Positions 47,696-56,632 of a stretch of 64,000 nt of DNA are shown in pieces (the first letter of the stretch is position 1; the number at the start of each line of letters is the position of its first letter). The translations under genes were made by a program, and so were the position numbers. The stretch lies in NCBI GenBank assembly GCA_902777385.1, contig CACYTP010000012.1, positions 9,552 through 73,551 of the forward strand, written 5' to 3'. A model generated the notes under the pieces. It ran no database searches and had not been told where the DNA came from. It was given only the letters and a program-made list of their open reading frames with translations. Source of the DNA: an uncultured bacterium (lineage in GTDB: Bacteria; Cyanobacteriota; Vampirovibrionia; Gastranaerophilales; Gastranaerophilaceae).

Positions 47696-48958
47696 CTACC
47701 AGTAATTTTCGTAAAAATAAGGGTAAGGCTGACGCATATAGAGAAAATCGTCTAAATACATTCTCTGGTAATATGTCTGTTCAAGAAACTGCTGCTGCAT
47801 TCTGATAGCGTCTAATTCTTGTTGTTGTTCAAGCATTTCCTGCTGATACTGAGTTAATTTTTCATTTGAAATCTTTGCTTCTTCTTTATTGACATATTCA
47901 AAACATTTAATCAAATCCTGACCTGCATATCTATCAATACAATAATTTGTTGATTTAAAGAAATTAGCCTGTCGTTGACTCAGCTCCAGAGGCTCTGTCA
48001 AATGTGAAACCTCATTGTATATTTTATTCCAGTCGGGTTTTTCTATAAAACCGCTCAAATTTGATACTGCTCCGTCAATCTTTTTCTGTTCAAGTCTTGC
48101 AATACCAATATCTGCCCTTAACAGATTGTCATAATCTTCACTTTGAAGAGCCATATTGCGAGCTTTGTTCAAAATTTCGAGTTTAGTTTTATCATTATCG
48201 TTTGAAGTTGCCGCAAGCCGTATGTAGTTATGGGCATTAGGATTTCTTGACACAAGTTCCTTTGCACACCTGTATGCTTCCTGAACATTATTTATACTGT
48301 AGTAATCATTAAATAAAATTTCCTGAGCCTGAGAATAATTTACAGAAGTTTTTGGAATTTTAACAGCATATTTTATACTGTCATCATAACTACCCAAATG
48401 AAAATATATGTCGGAAAGTACATACCATAAATTATCCTCGGAAGGATTATGGCTATCTGTGTAATGAGATAAATAAGTCAATGCACCTTGATAGTTTTTG
48501 TCAATGTAATAGAGCATTCCCAATTTATAGGAAATTATATCGTCATTCAAAATTTTATCCATAGAATTTACACGTTTTATAGATATAATTTCATTCATAG
48601 CAGAATGATAATCATTCTTTCTAAGATGATAATTATAATACTGAATATGTGTCGGCAAAAAATCATTATCTACTTTAAGTGCTTTGTCAAAATTTCCTTC
48701 CGCAATATATTTCTGGATTTTTTTTACTTTTTTGTATGTATCTTTTGATTGTCCGGATAATTGTCTTTCGGCATTTTCGCTAAGCTTATTGTATCTTGCG
48801 GTTATCTCTGTCGGATTTATGTCATAAAATCTTACATACTCAGGAGAACGAGCAGACACATAGACATGCTGATTATCTGCCGAAAAATTATACCCCTGAG
48901 CGAACCCGAAACCTGCAAACGACATCATCAAAAAAATAGCAAGTAAAAATCTTTTCAT
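47696..48958 (-). CDS. secreted TPR-like hypothetical protein
   Basis: Signal peptide MKRFLLAIFLMMSFAGFGFA, helical-repeat body and a Gln/Tyr-rich C-terminus. Confidence 0.5.
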   Translation of the reverse strand: MKRFLLAIFLMMSFAGFGFAQGYNFSADNQHVYVSARSPEYVRFYDINPTEITARYNKLSENAERQLSGQSKDTYKKVKKIQKYIAEGNFDKALKVDNDFLPTHIQYYNYHLRKNDYHSAMNEIISIKRVNSMDKILNDDIISYKLGMLYYIDKNYQGALTYLSHYTDSHNPSEDNLWYVLSDIYFHLGSYDDSIKYAVKIPKTSVNYSQAQEILFNDYYSINNVQEAYRCAKELVSRNPNAHNYIRLAATSNDNDKTKLEILNKARNMALQSEDYDNLLRADIGIARLEQKKIDGAVSNLSGFIEKPDWNKIYNEVSHLTEPLELSQRQANFFKSTNYCIDRYAGQDLIKCFEYVNKEEAKISNEKLTQYQQEMLEQQQELDAIRMQQQFLEQTYYQRMYLDDFLYMRQPYPYFYENYW

Positions 48959-49156
48959 ACAAAGTCCTCAAATATACACTTACTTATTGTTTATAAAAAT
49001 ATCAAAAGTGTCAAGTTTATGCGTAAATGCAATACCTGCAAGACTTAACATCCTTTAATAAAATTTATGCACAGGGAATTTTTAGAAAAATAAGTGAGCG
49101 GTGAACTAAACCTACTTCGACCGCTCGGATTATCTTTTGGCAAATTTATATTTCAT

Positions 49157-49191
49157 GTCATTGCGAGCGAACAACGTGAGCGTGGCAATCC
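49157..49191. repeat. REP-like unit GTCATTGCGAG...GGCAATCC
   Basis: Shares its termini with 9116..9157. Lies in the GC-rich spacer downstream of pilin-like paralog 3. Confidence 0.7.
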
Positions 49192-49274
49192 GGCCGTTTT
49201 TTCGACTGTTGATACTAAAGATTTAACGCTATCTGAAAGGTCTGACCCCTCACCCGAAAATCTAACTTTCGCTT

Positions 49275-50018
49275 CTAGTAGTTCATTGCATCTTCTTCCA
49301 GCACTCTTGCTGCACACGTCCAACCTTTGGCTGAAGAATCATCCGTTGTACACTTATTAAGAGCCCTTTGTGTTGTTCGCCAATATAAAACATTCGGATC
49401 ACCACTAATCATTTCAGAAACAGCCTGAGAACCATACCCAACTACCGTTCCTGTATTATCCAGATATAATTTAAAAATATCTCTACCAAGAGTATTTGGG
49501 TTTTTAGGTCCGTTTATATCAATAAAAAAATCAGCATAATATGAATCAGTTGTTGGATAAAATAAATAATTGTAAATTTCAGAGCCATCAACGAATTTTA
49601 TACATGAGCGAGATGTATTCTTTGCAATCCCCCCAGCAGCATTATCACCATTCAAAAATTTTACTTGAACCGCATCACATGAAGTAAACTGAATACCTGA
49701 AAATACGCTCGCAAGTCCCTCTCTTATACTACTACAATTGTTGGTAAGTAAAGTGTTTTCAGAAACGAACTCACCGCAGGCATCTACCCACATACCGCTA
49801 AATGCATGCGTATCTTTCAATTCTGTTACGCCATCATGTGCCATCATAAGTCTAAATCCATTTGATAGTACTGATACCGACTTCTTTAACTGGGTTACAT
49901 AGACACGTTTTTGGTAATTTTGTATCAATGTCGGTAATGTTAACGCCGCAACCACACCGATTATACCCAAAGTTATCAAGACCTCCGCTAATGTGAAAGC
50001 GGCTTTACGCCCCCACAT
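49275..50018 (-). CDS. prepilin-type N-terminal cleavage/methylation domain protein (pilin-like paralog 3)
   Basis: From the ATG at 50018: MWGRKAAFTLAEVLITLGIIGVVAALTLPTLIQNYQKR. C-terminus is AKGWTCAARVLEEDAMNY. The ORF-track extension to 50273 runs through repeat units. Confidence 0.7.
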   Translation of the reverse strand: MWGRKAAFTLAEVLITLGIIGVVAALTLPTLIQNYQKRVYVTQLKKSVSVLSNGFRLMMAHDGVTELKDTHAFSGMWVDACGEFVSENTLLTNNCSSIREGLASVFSGIQFTSCDAVQVKFLNGDNAAGGIAKNTSRSCIKFVDGSEIYNYLFYPTTDSYYADFFIDINGPKNPNTLGRDIFKLYLDNTGTVVGYGSQAVSEMISGDPNVLYWRTTQRALNKCTTDDSSAKGWTCAARVLEEDAMNY

Positions 50019-50025
50019 TATGTTA

Positions 50026-50043
50026 TGCTGAACTCGTTTCAGC
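50026..50043. repeat. palindromic repeat unit TGCTGAA-N5-TTCAGCA
   Basis: Partner of 9041..9059, with the loop inverted. Confidence 0.7.
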
Positions 50044-50110
50044 ATCTGACCCATGCTACTTGCTACGACCTTCTCTTTTTGAGTACTACCTAAAGTTTTA
50101 CTGTGGCTAG

Positions 50111-50131
50111 ATCCTGAAATAAATTCAGGAT
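50111..50131. repeat. palindromic repeat unit ATCCTGAA-ATAAA-TTCAGGAT
   Basis: Perfect 8-bp stem. GC-richer than its surroundings. Part of the leader B mosaic. Confidence 0.6.
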
Positions 50132-50179
50132 GACATAAAATAGGCTTAATTCTTTCTTCACCGTGGTTTAAAAAATGCC

Positions 50180-50214
50180 ACGAGCGAAGCATCTCTAAAG
50201 GCAGGCTAGCCTGC
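50180..50214. repeat. repeat unit ACGAGCGAAGCATCT..GCAGGCTAGCCTGC
   Basis: Near-identical to 9451..9485. Here it sits inside the leader, whereas at the other locus it lies upstream of the promoter. Confidence 0.75.
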
Positions 50215-50317
50215 AAATCTTGTAAATCCTTACTACGAGAGGATTTTACCCCCCACCCTACGCTTAATTCCAATCATGATAATATCCTCCGTGGTTTTTA
50301 TACATTTTCATTATAAA
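50215..50317 (-). repeat. 103-bp leader module, copy B (partner 9285..9387)
   Basis: See copy A. Contains TATAAT, GGAGGA and an ATG-initiated 14-codon uORF (50277..50233) ending in the loop of the hairpin AAATCCT/AGGATTT. Confidence 0.85.
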
Positions 50318-50337
50318 CTATTTTTTACATTTTTCAA
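50310..50337 (-). promoter_or_regulatory. sigma70-like promoter TTGAAA-16-TATAAT for leader B
   Basis: Minus strand has TTGAAA (50337..50332), a 16-nt spacer and TATAAT (50315..50310). Confidence 0.5.
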
Positions 50338-50342
50338 GAGGT

Positions 50343-51113
50343 CTACAGTCGAGTTGCTACAAACATACTTAGAATTATCAAAAGCGAAATAAATGATGTA
50401 ACTCCGACAATAACCCAGAAAAATGATACTTTTTTACCTCTGTTTTGAGGTGTCATAGTATATGACTGTTTTGTAAATTTTTTCTTAGGTTCTTTTTTTG
50501 TTGCTTGTTCTTTCTTTTGAAAACCCCAGCCTATCGGAAAAAGATTTATTGCTTTCTTTGATTTTCTTCCACGTTTTCTCCCTGCTGATTTTGAGGATAC
50601 TTTCTTATTCAGATTACTTTTTGCACTTTCTTCTTCGTATTTTTCAGACAATGATTTTTTAGACTTTTTACCTGTTACGAGTAATTCCGTATCGTAACGA
50701 AGCCTTAAAACACTTTCATTAGCATTTTTATTATAAACAGCATAATTTATTGCAACTTCAAAAGCACGCTGCAAACATTCCAAAGCATCCATTCCGCTTT
50801 TATTAACCTTTGAAGAATGGACGGCATCGTTTCCGTGTTTTTTCAGGAAATACAAATCATCAATAAATTCTTTTTCCTGCTCTTCACCGTTACCATTATC
50901 TTTCAGTGTTGCCAACATTTCATCAAAAGTATCCTCGGTTGTACGTTTATCTCCCAGTACGGTTTTGCATACATTTTCGCCAAAACGTCTTGTCTGTGCC
51001 ATACACTGATCGAAATATTCATCCCGATACAACGATTCTGCCTCGTTTATTATTTCAAATAAATCTTTATCAACCTTTTTCAAAAAATCAAAATTTGCAG
51101 CCATAAATACCAT
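50343..51113 (-). CDS. DUF4145-like domain protein with basic linker and C-terminal TM anchor
   Basis: N-terminal FDFLKKVDKDLFEIINEAESLYRDEYFDQCMAQTRRFGENVCKTVL...LKKHGNDAVHS resembles DUF4145. Lys-rich linker. C-terminal helix VSFFWVIVGVTSFISLLIILSMFVA. Confidence 0.5.
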   Translation of the reverse strand: MVFMAANFDFLKKVDKDLFEIINEAESLYRDEYFDQCMAQTRRFGENVCKTVLGDKRTTEDTFDEMLATLKDNGNGEEQEKEFIDDLYFLKKHGNDAVHSSKVNKSGMDALECLQRAFEVAINYAVYNKNANESVLRLRYDTELLVTGKKSKKSLSEKYEEESAKSNLNKKVSSKSAGRKRGRKSKKAINLFPIGWGFQKKEQATKKEPKKKFTKQSYTMTPQNRGKKVSFFWVIVGVTSFISLLIILSMFVATRL

Positions 51114-51190
51114 CCAGTCTGTATATACGAATTATTCTATAACAACAGAAGGATTAACACATCAAACAAGAGGTTGATTTAGGTTAATTA

Positions 51191-51730
51191 TCAGACAGTC
51201 TTACCCAGTTCATAAGCCCGCTGAACATGCTCAGTATCATTAATATCGCCTTTTTGAGTAACTCCGCCTGCAAAAAGATATCCTTTTTCTTCAGCACCAT
51301 TCAAGTATGACAATAACCCCTTAAATTCGCCGAGTGCATATTGAATAGTCTTGTCGCCTTCTTCTTCGGCAGTCATAATATAGTAAAATTCTTTGTTAAC
51401 AATTTTTGTATATTTAGCATAAATTCTGTCAATAAAAGTTTTTAGCTGTCCTGCTATTGTGTTAAAATATATCGGAGTAGCAAACACAATAACATCAGCT
51501 TCTATCATTTTATCCAAAATTCCGTCCATATCGTCATTTTTTGCACATCCGTTAAATCCGCTGATATTGCAATATCCGCAGCCCATACAGTAATTTATAT
51601 CCTTTTCTCTCAAGAATATTTTTTCTGTTTGATGCCCTGCTTCAGCTGCCCCCTCTAAAAACTTATCGCACAATATATCTGAATTACCACCTTTTCTTGG
51701 GGAAGCTGAAATTATAATAACTTTCTTCAT
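51191..51730 (-). CDS. NADPH-dependent FMN reductase / iron-sulfur flavoprotein family
   Basis: MKKVIIISASPRKGGNSD flavodoxin-like start and CMGCGYCNISGFNGC cysteine cluster. GGAGG lies 10 nt before the ATG at 51730. Confidence 0.7.
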   Translation of the reverse strand: MKKVIIISASPRKGGNSDILCDKFLEGAAEAGHQTEKIFLREKDINYCMGCGYCNISGFNGCAKNDDMDGILDKMIEADVIVFATPIYFNTIAGQLKTFIDRIYAKYTKIVNKEFYYIMTAEEEGDKTIQYALGEFKGLLSYLNGAEEKGYLFAGGVTQKGDINDTEHVQRAYELGKTV

Positions 51731-51937
51731 CTGCAACCGTCCTCCGGATAAAATCTAAAAATTCATAACCGACCTTAAATTAGCCCATATATACAGTATA
51801 ACATATTTATTTATATTACTCAACTTTGTAAAAACTTATCTTGAAAGAACTATAACTAATATGATTTTTGAATTCTCAATACAAAAGTTTAATATAAACT
51901 GATTGCCGTAAAAAGTTTTAAGCTTATAATAAAAATT

Positions 51938-52660
51938 ATGATTAGTATAAACTTAGTAACGGACGACTCTATAAAAATTGCTATAGATTATTATGAAAAT
52001 AATCACAACAGTGTTGTAATCGTCTGCCCCGGCTGGTGTATGACAAAAGATTCCAATGCGTTCAAACTTATTGCAAAAATGTTTGCAAAAGAATATGATG
52101 TACTGAGTATTGATTTTCGAGGACACGGCAAAAGTAGCGGCTGGTTCACTTTTATGGCTAAAGAAATAAAAGACATAGACTCGGTTGTAAAATTTGCAAA
52201 ATCAAAAAACTATAAAAAAATATATCTTGCAGGATTTTCTTTAGGTGCAGGGATTTCACTTATTTACGCAGCCCAAAATCAAAATATTGATGCGGTTATT
52301 GCGGTATCTGCACCTGCTGATTTTGGGAAAATTGAAAATCAGATGTGGAAAAAAGAAGCTTGGGGTGAAACATTTAAAAAGTTTGAGCTTAACAGATTTT
52401 TATCAATACGTCCTTATCCCGTGCCTTTAAAGAAAATTAAACCGATTGAAATTGTACGGAATATAAAGTGTCCGACACTATTTTTGGCAGGTGAAAAAGA
52501 TCCTACAGTACACAGCTGGCACACCAAAACTCTATATGAAAAAGCTGATTGTAAAAAAGACTATATCCTGTTTGAGGGTGGCTGTCATGCAGAAGATTTA
52601 TATCTTCACTTTGAAGATAAGTTCACAAAAGTTTGCCTCGACTGGCTGAAGAACAATTAA
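51938..52660 (+). CDS. alpha/beta hydrolase
   Basis: GFSLGA nucleophile elbow, HG oxyanion motif (DFRGHGKS), C-terminal GGCHAED. Confidence 0.7.
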   Translation: MISINLVTDDSIKIAIDYYENNHNSVVIVCPGWCMTKDSNAFKLIAKMFAKEYDVLSIDFRGHGKSSGWFTFMAKEIKDIDSVVKFAKSKNYKKIYLAGFSLGAGISLIYAAQNQNIDAVIAVSAPADFGKIENQMWKKEAWGETFKKFELNRFLSIRPYPVPLKKIKPIEIVRNIKCPTLFLAGEKDPTVHSWHTKTLYEKADCKKDYILFEGGCHAEDLYLHFEDKFTKVCLDWLKNN

Positions 52661-52706
52661 TGATTATCATTAATTTATAATTTAATTTTACTTCTTATAA
52701 AAAATA

Positions 52707-54263
52707 TTGTATAATCTGCTTATGGTAAACAAAGTAACAACAGCAACCGTAATAGGTCTTAACGCATACAAAGTAGATGTAGAAGTGGATACAACGCATT
52801 CCGCCCCTATGATTTCTATTGTCGGATTGCCGGATGCAGCAGTAAATGAGGCCCGTGACAGAGTTCGCTCTGCAACAAGAAACTCTAATCTGACTTTCCC
52901 GTCAGGTCGTGTCATAGTCAACCTTGCCCCTGCTGATTTAAAAAAAGAAGGTTCAAATTTTGATTTGCCGATTGCTGTAGGAATACAGGTTGAAGAAGAA
53001 GTTATAACTCCGGAAGCCGTTGAAAAATACGGATTTATCGGTGAGTTATCCCTTGATGGAAGTTTGCGTCCTGTTAACGGTGTACTTTCTCTTGTTATGG
53101 GATTAAAAAGTTTTGGAATTACAAATGTAATTGTGCCTAAGGCTAACGCAAAAGAAGCCGCTCTTGTACAGGACATAAATGTATATGGAGCAAATAATCT
53201 TGGAGAAGTTATAGACCACTTTACGGAAAATCCTATAGAGAAAACTGTTGTTGACATTAATGAATACTTGAATTCATCAATCGAACAGGAATATCTGTAT
53301 GATTTTAAAGATGTTAAGGGGCAGCATAAAGCTAAAAAAGCATTAGAAATTGCCGCTGCCGGCGGACATAATATGCTTATGTTCGGCTCTCCCGGTTCAG
53401 GTAAAACTCTTATGGCAAAGTGTTTCCCGTCAATACTACCTCCGCTTGAGTTATCTGAAGCTCTTGAATTAACCAAAATATACAGCGTTTGCGGTCTGTT
53501 ACATTCGGATGAACCGCTGTTAAAGCAACGTCCGTTTCGCTCAGTCCACCATACAGCATCCCCTGTAGGTATCATAGGCGGGGGTACTAATCCTAAACCC
53601 GGTGAAATTACTCTTGCACACAGAGGGGTTCTGTTTCTCGATGAAATGGTAGAATTTCCGAGAAATGTACTCGAAGTATTAAGACAACCTATTGAGGACG
53701 GAGAAGTAGCAATATCAAGAGCAAAACATTCTATTAAATATCCTGCAAAATTTATTTTGCTTGGTGCAATGAATCCTTGTCCGTGCGGATATTTAGGAGA
53801 TAAAGAAAAACAATGTACCTGCTCGGAATACCAAATCCAACGATATTTATCTAAACTGTCAGGACCATTATTGGACAGAATTGACTTACAAATTGAAGTC
53901 CCGAGATTAACAACAGATGAGCTGCTTTCTTACGGAGAAAAAGAAGAAACCTCTGCCCAAATAAGAGAACGTGTTGTTAAAGCAAGAAAGATACAGGCTG
54001 ACAGGTACAAAGATGAAGGGTTTTTAACGAATTCGGAACTAACTCCAAAATTGGTAAAAAAATATTGTAAAATTGATAGTTCGGCAGAAGATATGTTCAA
54101 AGTCGCAATTGTAAAATACCGGCTTTCCGGAAGACGCTATGACCGCATTCTAAAACTTGCCCGCACAATTGCGGATCTGGAGGGTTCTGAAATCATAAAT
54201 CAAATACATTTAATGCAGGCACTACAATATAGAATGTTTAATCAAAACGACATGTACAAATAG
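52707..54263 (+). CDS. comM: YifB/ComM family Mg-chelatase-like ATPase
   Basis: Lon-like N-terminal domain, GSPGSGKT Walker A, GVLFLDE Walker B, zinc ribbon NPCPCGYLGDKEKQCTC. Confidence 0.9.
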   Translation: MYNLLMVNKVTTATVIGLNAYKVDVEVDTTHSAPMISIVGLPDAAVNEARDRVRSATRNSNLTFPSGRVIVNLAPADLKKEGSNFDLPIAVGIQVEEEVITPEAVEKYGFIGELSLDGSLRPVNGVLSLVMGLKSFGITNVIVPKANAKEAALVQDINVYGANNLGEVIDHFTENPIEKTVVDINEYLNSSIEQEYLYDFKDVKGQHKAKKALEIAAAGGHNMLMFGSPGSGKTLMAKCFPSILPPLELSEALELTKIYSVCGLLHSDEPLLKQRPFRSVHHTASPVGIIGGGTNPKPGEITLAHRGVLFLDEMVEFPRNVLEVLRQPIEDGEVAISRAKHSIKYPAKFILLGAMNPCPCGYLGDKEKQCTCSEYQIQRYLSKLSGPLLDRIDLQIEVPRLTTDELLSYGEKEETSAQIRERVVKARKIQADRYKDEGFLTNSELTPKLVKKYCKIDSSAEDMFKVAIVKYRLSGRRYDRILKLARTIADLEGSEIINQIHLMQALQYRMFNQNDMYK

Positions 54264-54308
54264 CAAAAAATTCTATTTATATACGTTATAAAAATACCTG
54301 AGGTAAAA

Positions 54309-54887
54309 ATGATTACAAAAGTCAGTCTGACAAATTTTAATAACCAACATTATCAAACTCGGAAATATCAATATAGTCCGAGCTTTCAGGCTGTAAAATT
54401 GTACAATGACAGAACTGCAACAGATATGTTCAAATTAAAATTAAATAATTTTTACAGAAAATTACACTATACATATAAAAAATTTATCAAAAATGTACCC
54501 CAACATAAAAATAATTCCGCAAATCCTGAGGAAATAAAGAAAAACAATAAATTTATTGCCAAAGTACAAAATAAAATAAGTTCTTACGGAGCACCTGCCG
54601 GGGAATTCAAGAGTAATAACGGAGATATTATAATTGTCAAGACATTGGGGAACGGGCAAAAAAAGATTGACTTATACCTGCCTGATGATGAAATAAGGAA
54701 TATTCCTTTAAGATCAGCTACAATTGACGATGAAGGAATTATAAAGGCTTATGAAACCTCATATCCGTGGCGAATTTTTACCAAAACAGACAAGGGCTAT
54801 GTATGCACTAAAAATTCCGAAGCATATTTCAAACATTTTGCATCCGATCCTCTGTTAAAATGGGATGTAATGATACCACGTCAATAA
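54309..54887 (+). CDS. hypothetical protein
   Basis: 192-aa ORF with GAGG upstream. Starts MITKVSLTNFNN...SPSFQAV. No family recognised. Confidence 0.4.
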   Translation: MITKVSLTNFNNQHYQTRKYQYSPSFQAVKLYNDRTATDMFKLKLNNFYRKLHYTYKKFIKNVPQHKNNSANPEEIKKNNKFIAKVQNKISSYGAPAGEFKSNNGDIIIVKTLGNGQKKIDLYLPDDEIRNIPLRSATIDDEGIIKAYETSYPWRIFTKTDKGYVCTKNSEAYFKHFASDPLLKWDVMIPRQ

Positions 54888-54949
54888 CAAGTAGTAAACA
54901 TACCGTTACAAATATTGATTAATTAGAAATTCAGAATTATAATTCACTT

Positions 54950-56632
54950 ATGAAGGAAATTAAGATTGTAGCACCGGTAAAAAAACCGGAAGATATTGAG
55001 CATTTTGCAAAAAATACTGCTTGCAGAGATTACTACGTTTATTATAAGAAGTTTTTGAACAATAATTTTGAATATGTAAAAGAATTTGTAAATATGGCAA
55101 AAGGGTTCAATTGCAATATTTACATCAATTTTAAACACGACATAAATGAAGAAAACCTGCCTGAAATAAAAAAAATGCTGAAATTTCTAAAGACTTCAGG
55201 TATTAACGGGATTTTCATTAACAGTTATGCTATGTTAGAAGCAATTAAGCTTTTTAATCTTCCGTTCAAAGTTATTGTAGATTCTTATTTTGATATACAT
55301 AATCTTTCCGGCATTGATTTTATAAACAACTTTCACAAGGTTGATGAAGTTATCATTACCGAAGAAATCTACATGAAAAATATTGAAAAAATCAAAAAAT
55401 ATACAAAACTTCCGCTTGCAATAGATACTGACAATCTTCCGTACTGTGCTGAAGAAATTAAAAAATCGGGTGCTATTGATAAGGTTGTAATTAAAGGAAA
55501 ATTTGAAACGTCAGAAGATATTTTGGATGCAATTGAACTTATACAAAAAATTCTCGATAAACCAAAATTATTCAGGAAACAAAAATTGCCGTTCAAACAT
55601 GTCAGAAAAAGTATTTATCAAACAAACCATTTCTCAGGCGAAATGATTTGTGCAGAAAGTAAAAACTTCAAGTTTAGCCGTAATATTCAGAACTTTGAAT
55701 GGAATATAAAAAGAACTCGTATAAATAAAGAAATAGATTTTGAAAAATCTGAAGAATGCAGAATAAATTTAAGATTATCTGAATTAGCACAGATTAAAGA
55801 ATTGGAAAATTACATAAAAAAAATAGGAATTAATCCCGTACACTCAATTGAATACGGTGAAATACTTTCCACATCAGATTTATCGACCAGCAGTTTTTGT
55901 GAAATTATAACAAAGGTAAAAAAATTCTGCAAAAAACATGATATAAAATTTCAGCTTTCAACCCCAAGAATACTTATAGAACGAGATTTTGACAGAGTTT
56001 ACGAATACGGAAAACAGCTTATGCTGGCAGATTCCGAACCTGACAGCATAATAATCAATAATATAGGCTATTTTTGGACATTTATTAATGATAATGATAT
56101 TAATCACATACCAATCGAAATCGGGCAGGGAATTAACCTTTTAAATAGTCTTTCAATTAAATGTCTGAATAATCTTGCACCTATAAGTACTGTTGATTTT
56201 ACAGCATTTGATGATATTGAACTTGCAATACAAACAGCTAAAAAAGTTAAAAATATTATTCCAAATAAAAAATACACTATTGCAGGCAATATCAGAGTTC
56301 CGAGTCTTGGACTATGTCCGTTAAACAACGATAGTGCAATAATTTCCAGATTATCCTGTGCCGCACCATGCCACAGAGGCGGATACGCCCTAAAAGATCC
56401 GTCGCTAAATAAAGTTTTTCCTTTCACTTGTGACGGATTTTGCAGAATGCACATGTTTGAAGATAGGGTACTGGAAGATTTTGAAGATGTTGAAAAGCTC
56501 CATAAAGCAGGAATAAATGAATTCATCTTTGATTTTTCCGCACTAAATGCAAAATATGTTCCTATATTACTGGATAAATTTTTGAGAATGGATAAGCCGT
56601 GTTCTAAGCCAAAACAACTCGTAATGTCATAA
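54950..56632 (+). CDS. hypothetical protein, possibly divergent U32-peptidase-like TIM barrel (duplicated)
   Basis: KIVAPVKKPEDIEHF...NIYINFKHDINEENLPEIKKMLKFLKTSGINGIFINSYAML follows the U32 N-terminal pattern. The classical U32 Cys signature was not seen. Confidence 0.4.
   Translation: MKEIKIVAPVKKPEDIEHFAKNTACRDYYVYYKKFLNNNFEYVKEFVNMAKGFNCNIYINFKHDINEENLPEIKKMLKFLKTSGINGIFINSYAMLEAIKLFNLPFKVIVDSYFDIHNLSGIDFINNFHKVDEVIITEEIYMKNIEKIKKYTKLPLAIDTDNLPYCAEEIKKSGAIDKVVIKGKFETSEDILDAIELIQKILDKPKLFRKQKLPFKHVRKSIYQTNHFSGEMICAESKNFKFSRNIQNFEWNIKRTRINKEIDFEKSEECRINLRLSELAQIKELENYIKKIGINPVHSIEYGEILSTSDLSTSSFCEIITKVKKFCKKHDIKFQLSTPRILIERDFDRVYEYGKQLMLADSEPDSIIINNIGYFWTFINDNDINHIPIEIGQGINLLNSLSIKCLNNLAPISTVDFTAFDDIELAIQTAKKVKNIIPNKKYTIAGNIRVPSLGLCPLNNDSAIISRLSCAAPCHRGGYALKDPSLNKVFPFTCDGFCRMHMFEDRVLEDFEDVEKLHKAGINEFIFDFSALNAKYVPILLDKFLRMDKPCSKPKQLVMS

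Noticed and set aside
49094-49360. 88-aa plus-strand ORF
   Set aside because: It is composed of REP-like repeat units (VIASEQRERGNP-type translation) and overlaps the 3' end of pilin-like gene 3.
52688-53575. 295-aa ORF on the minus strand
   Set aside because: It is entirely antisense to the well-supported comM/yifB gene. Its composition is low-complexity Ser/Thr/Pro-rich and it has no motif, so it is a shadow ORF.
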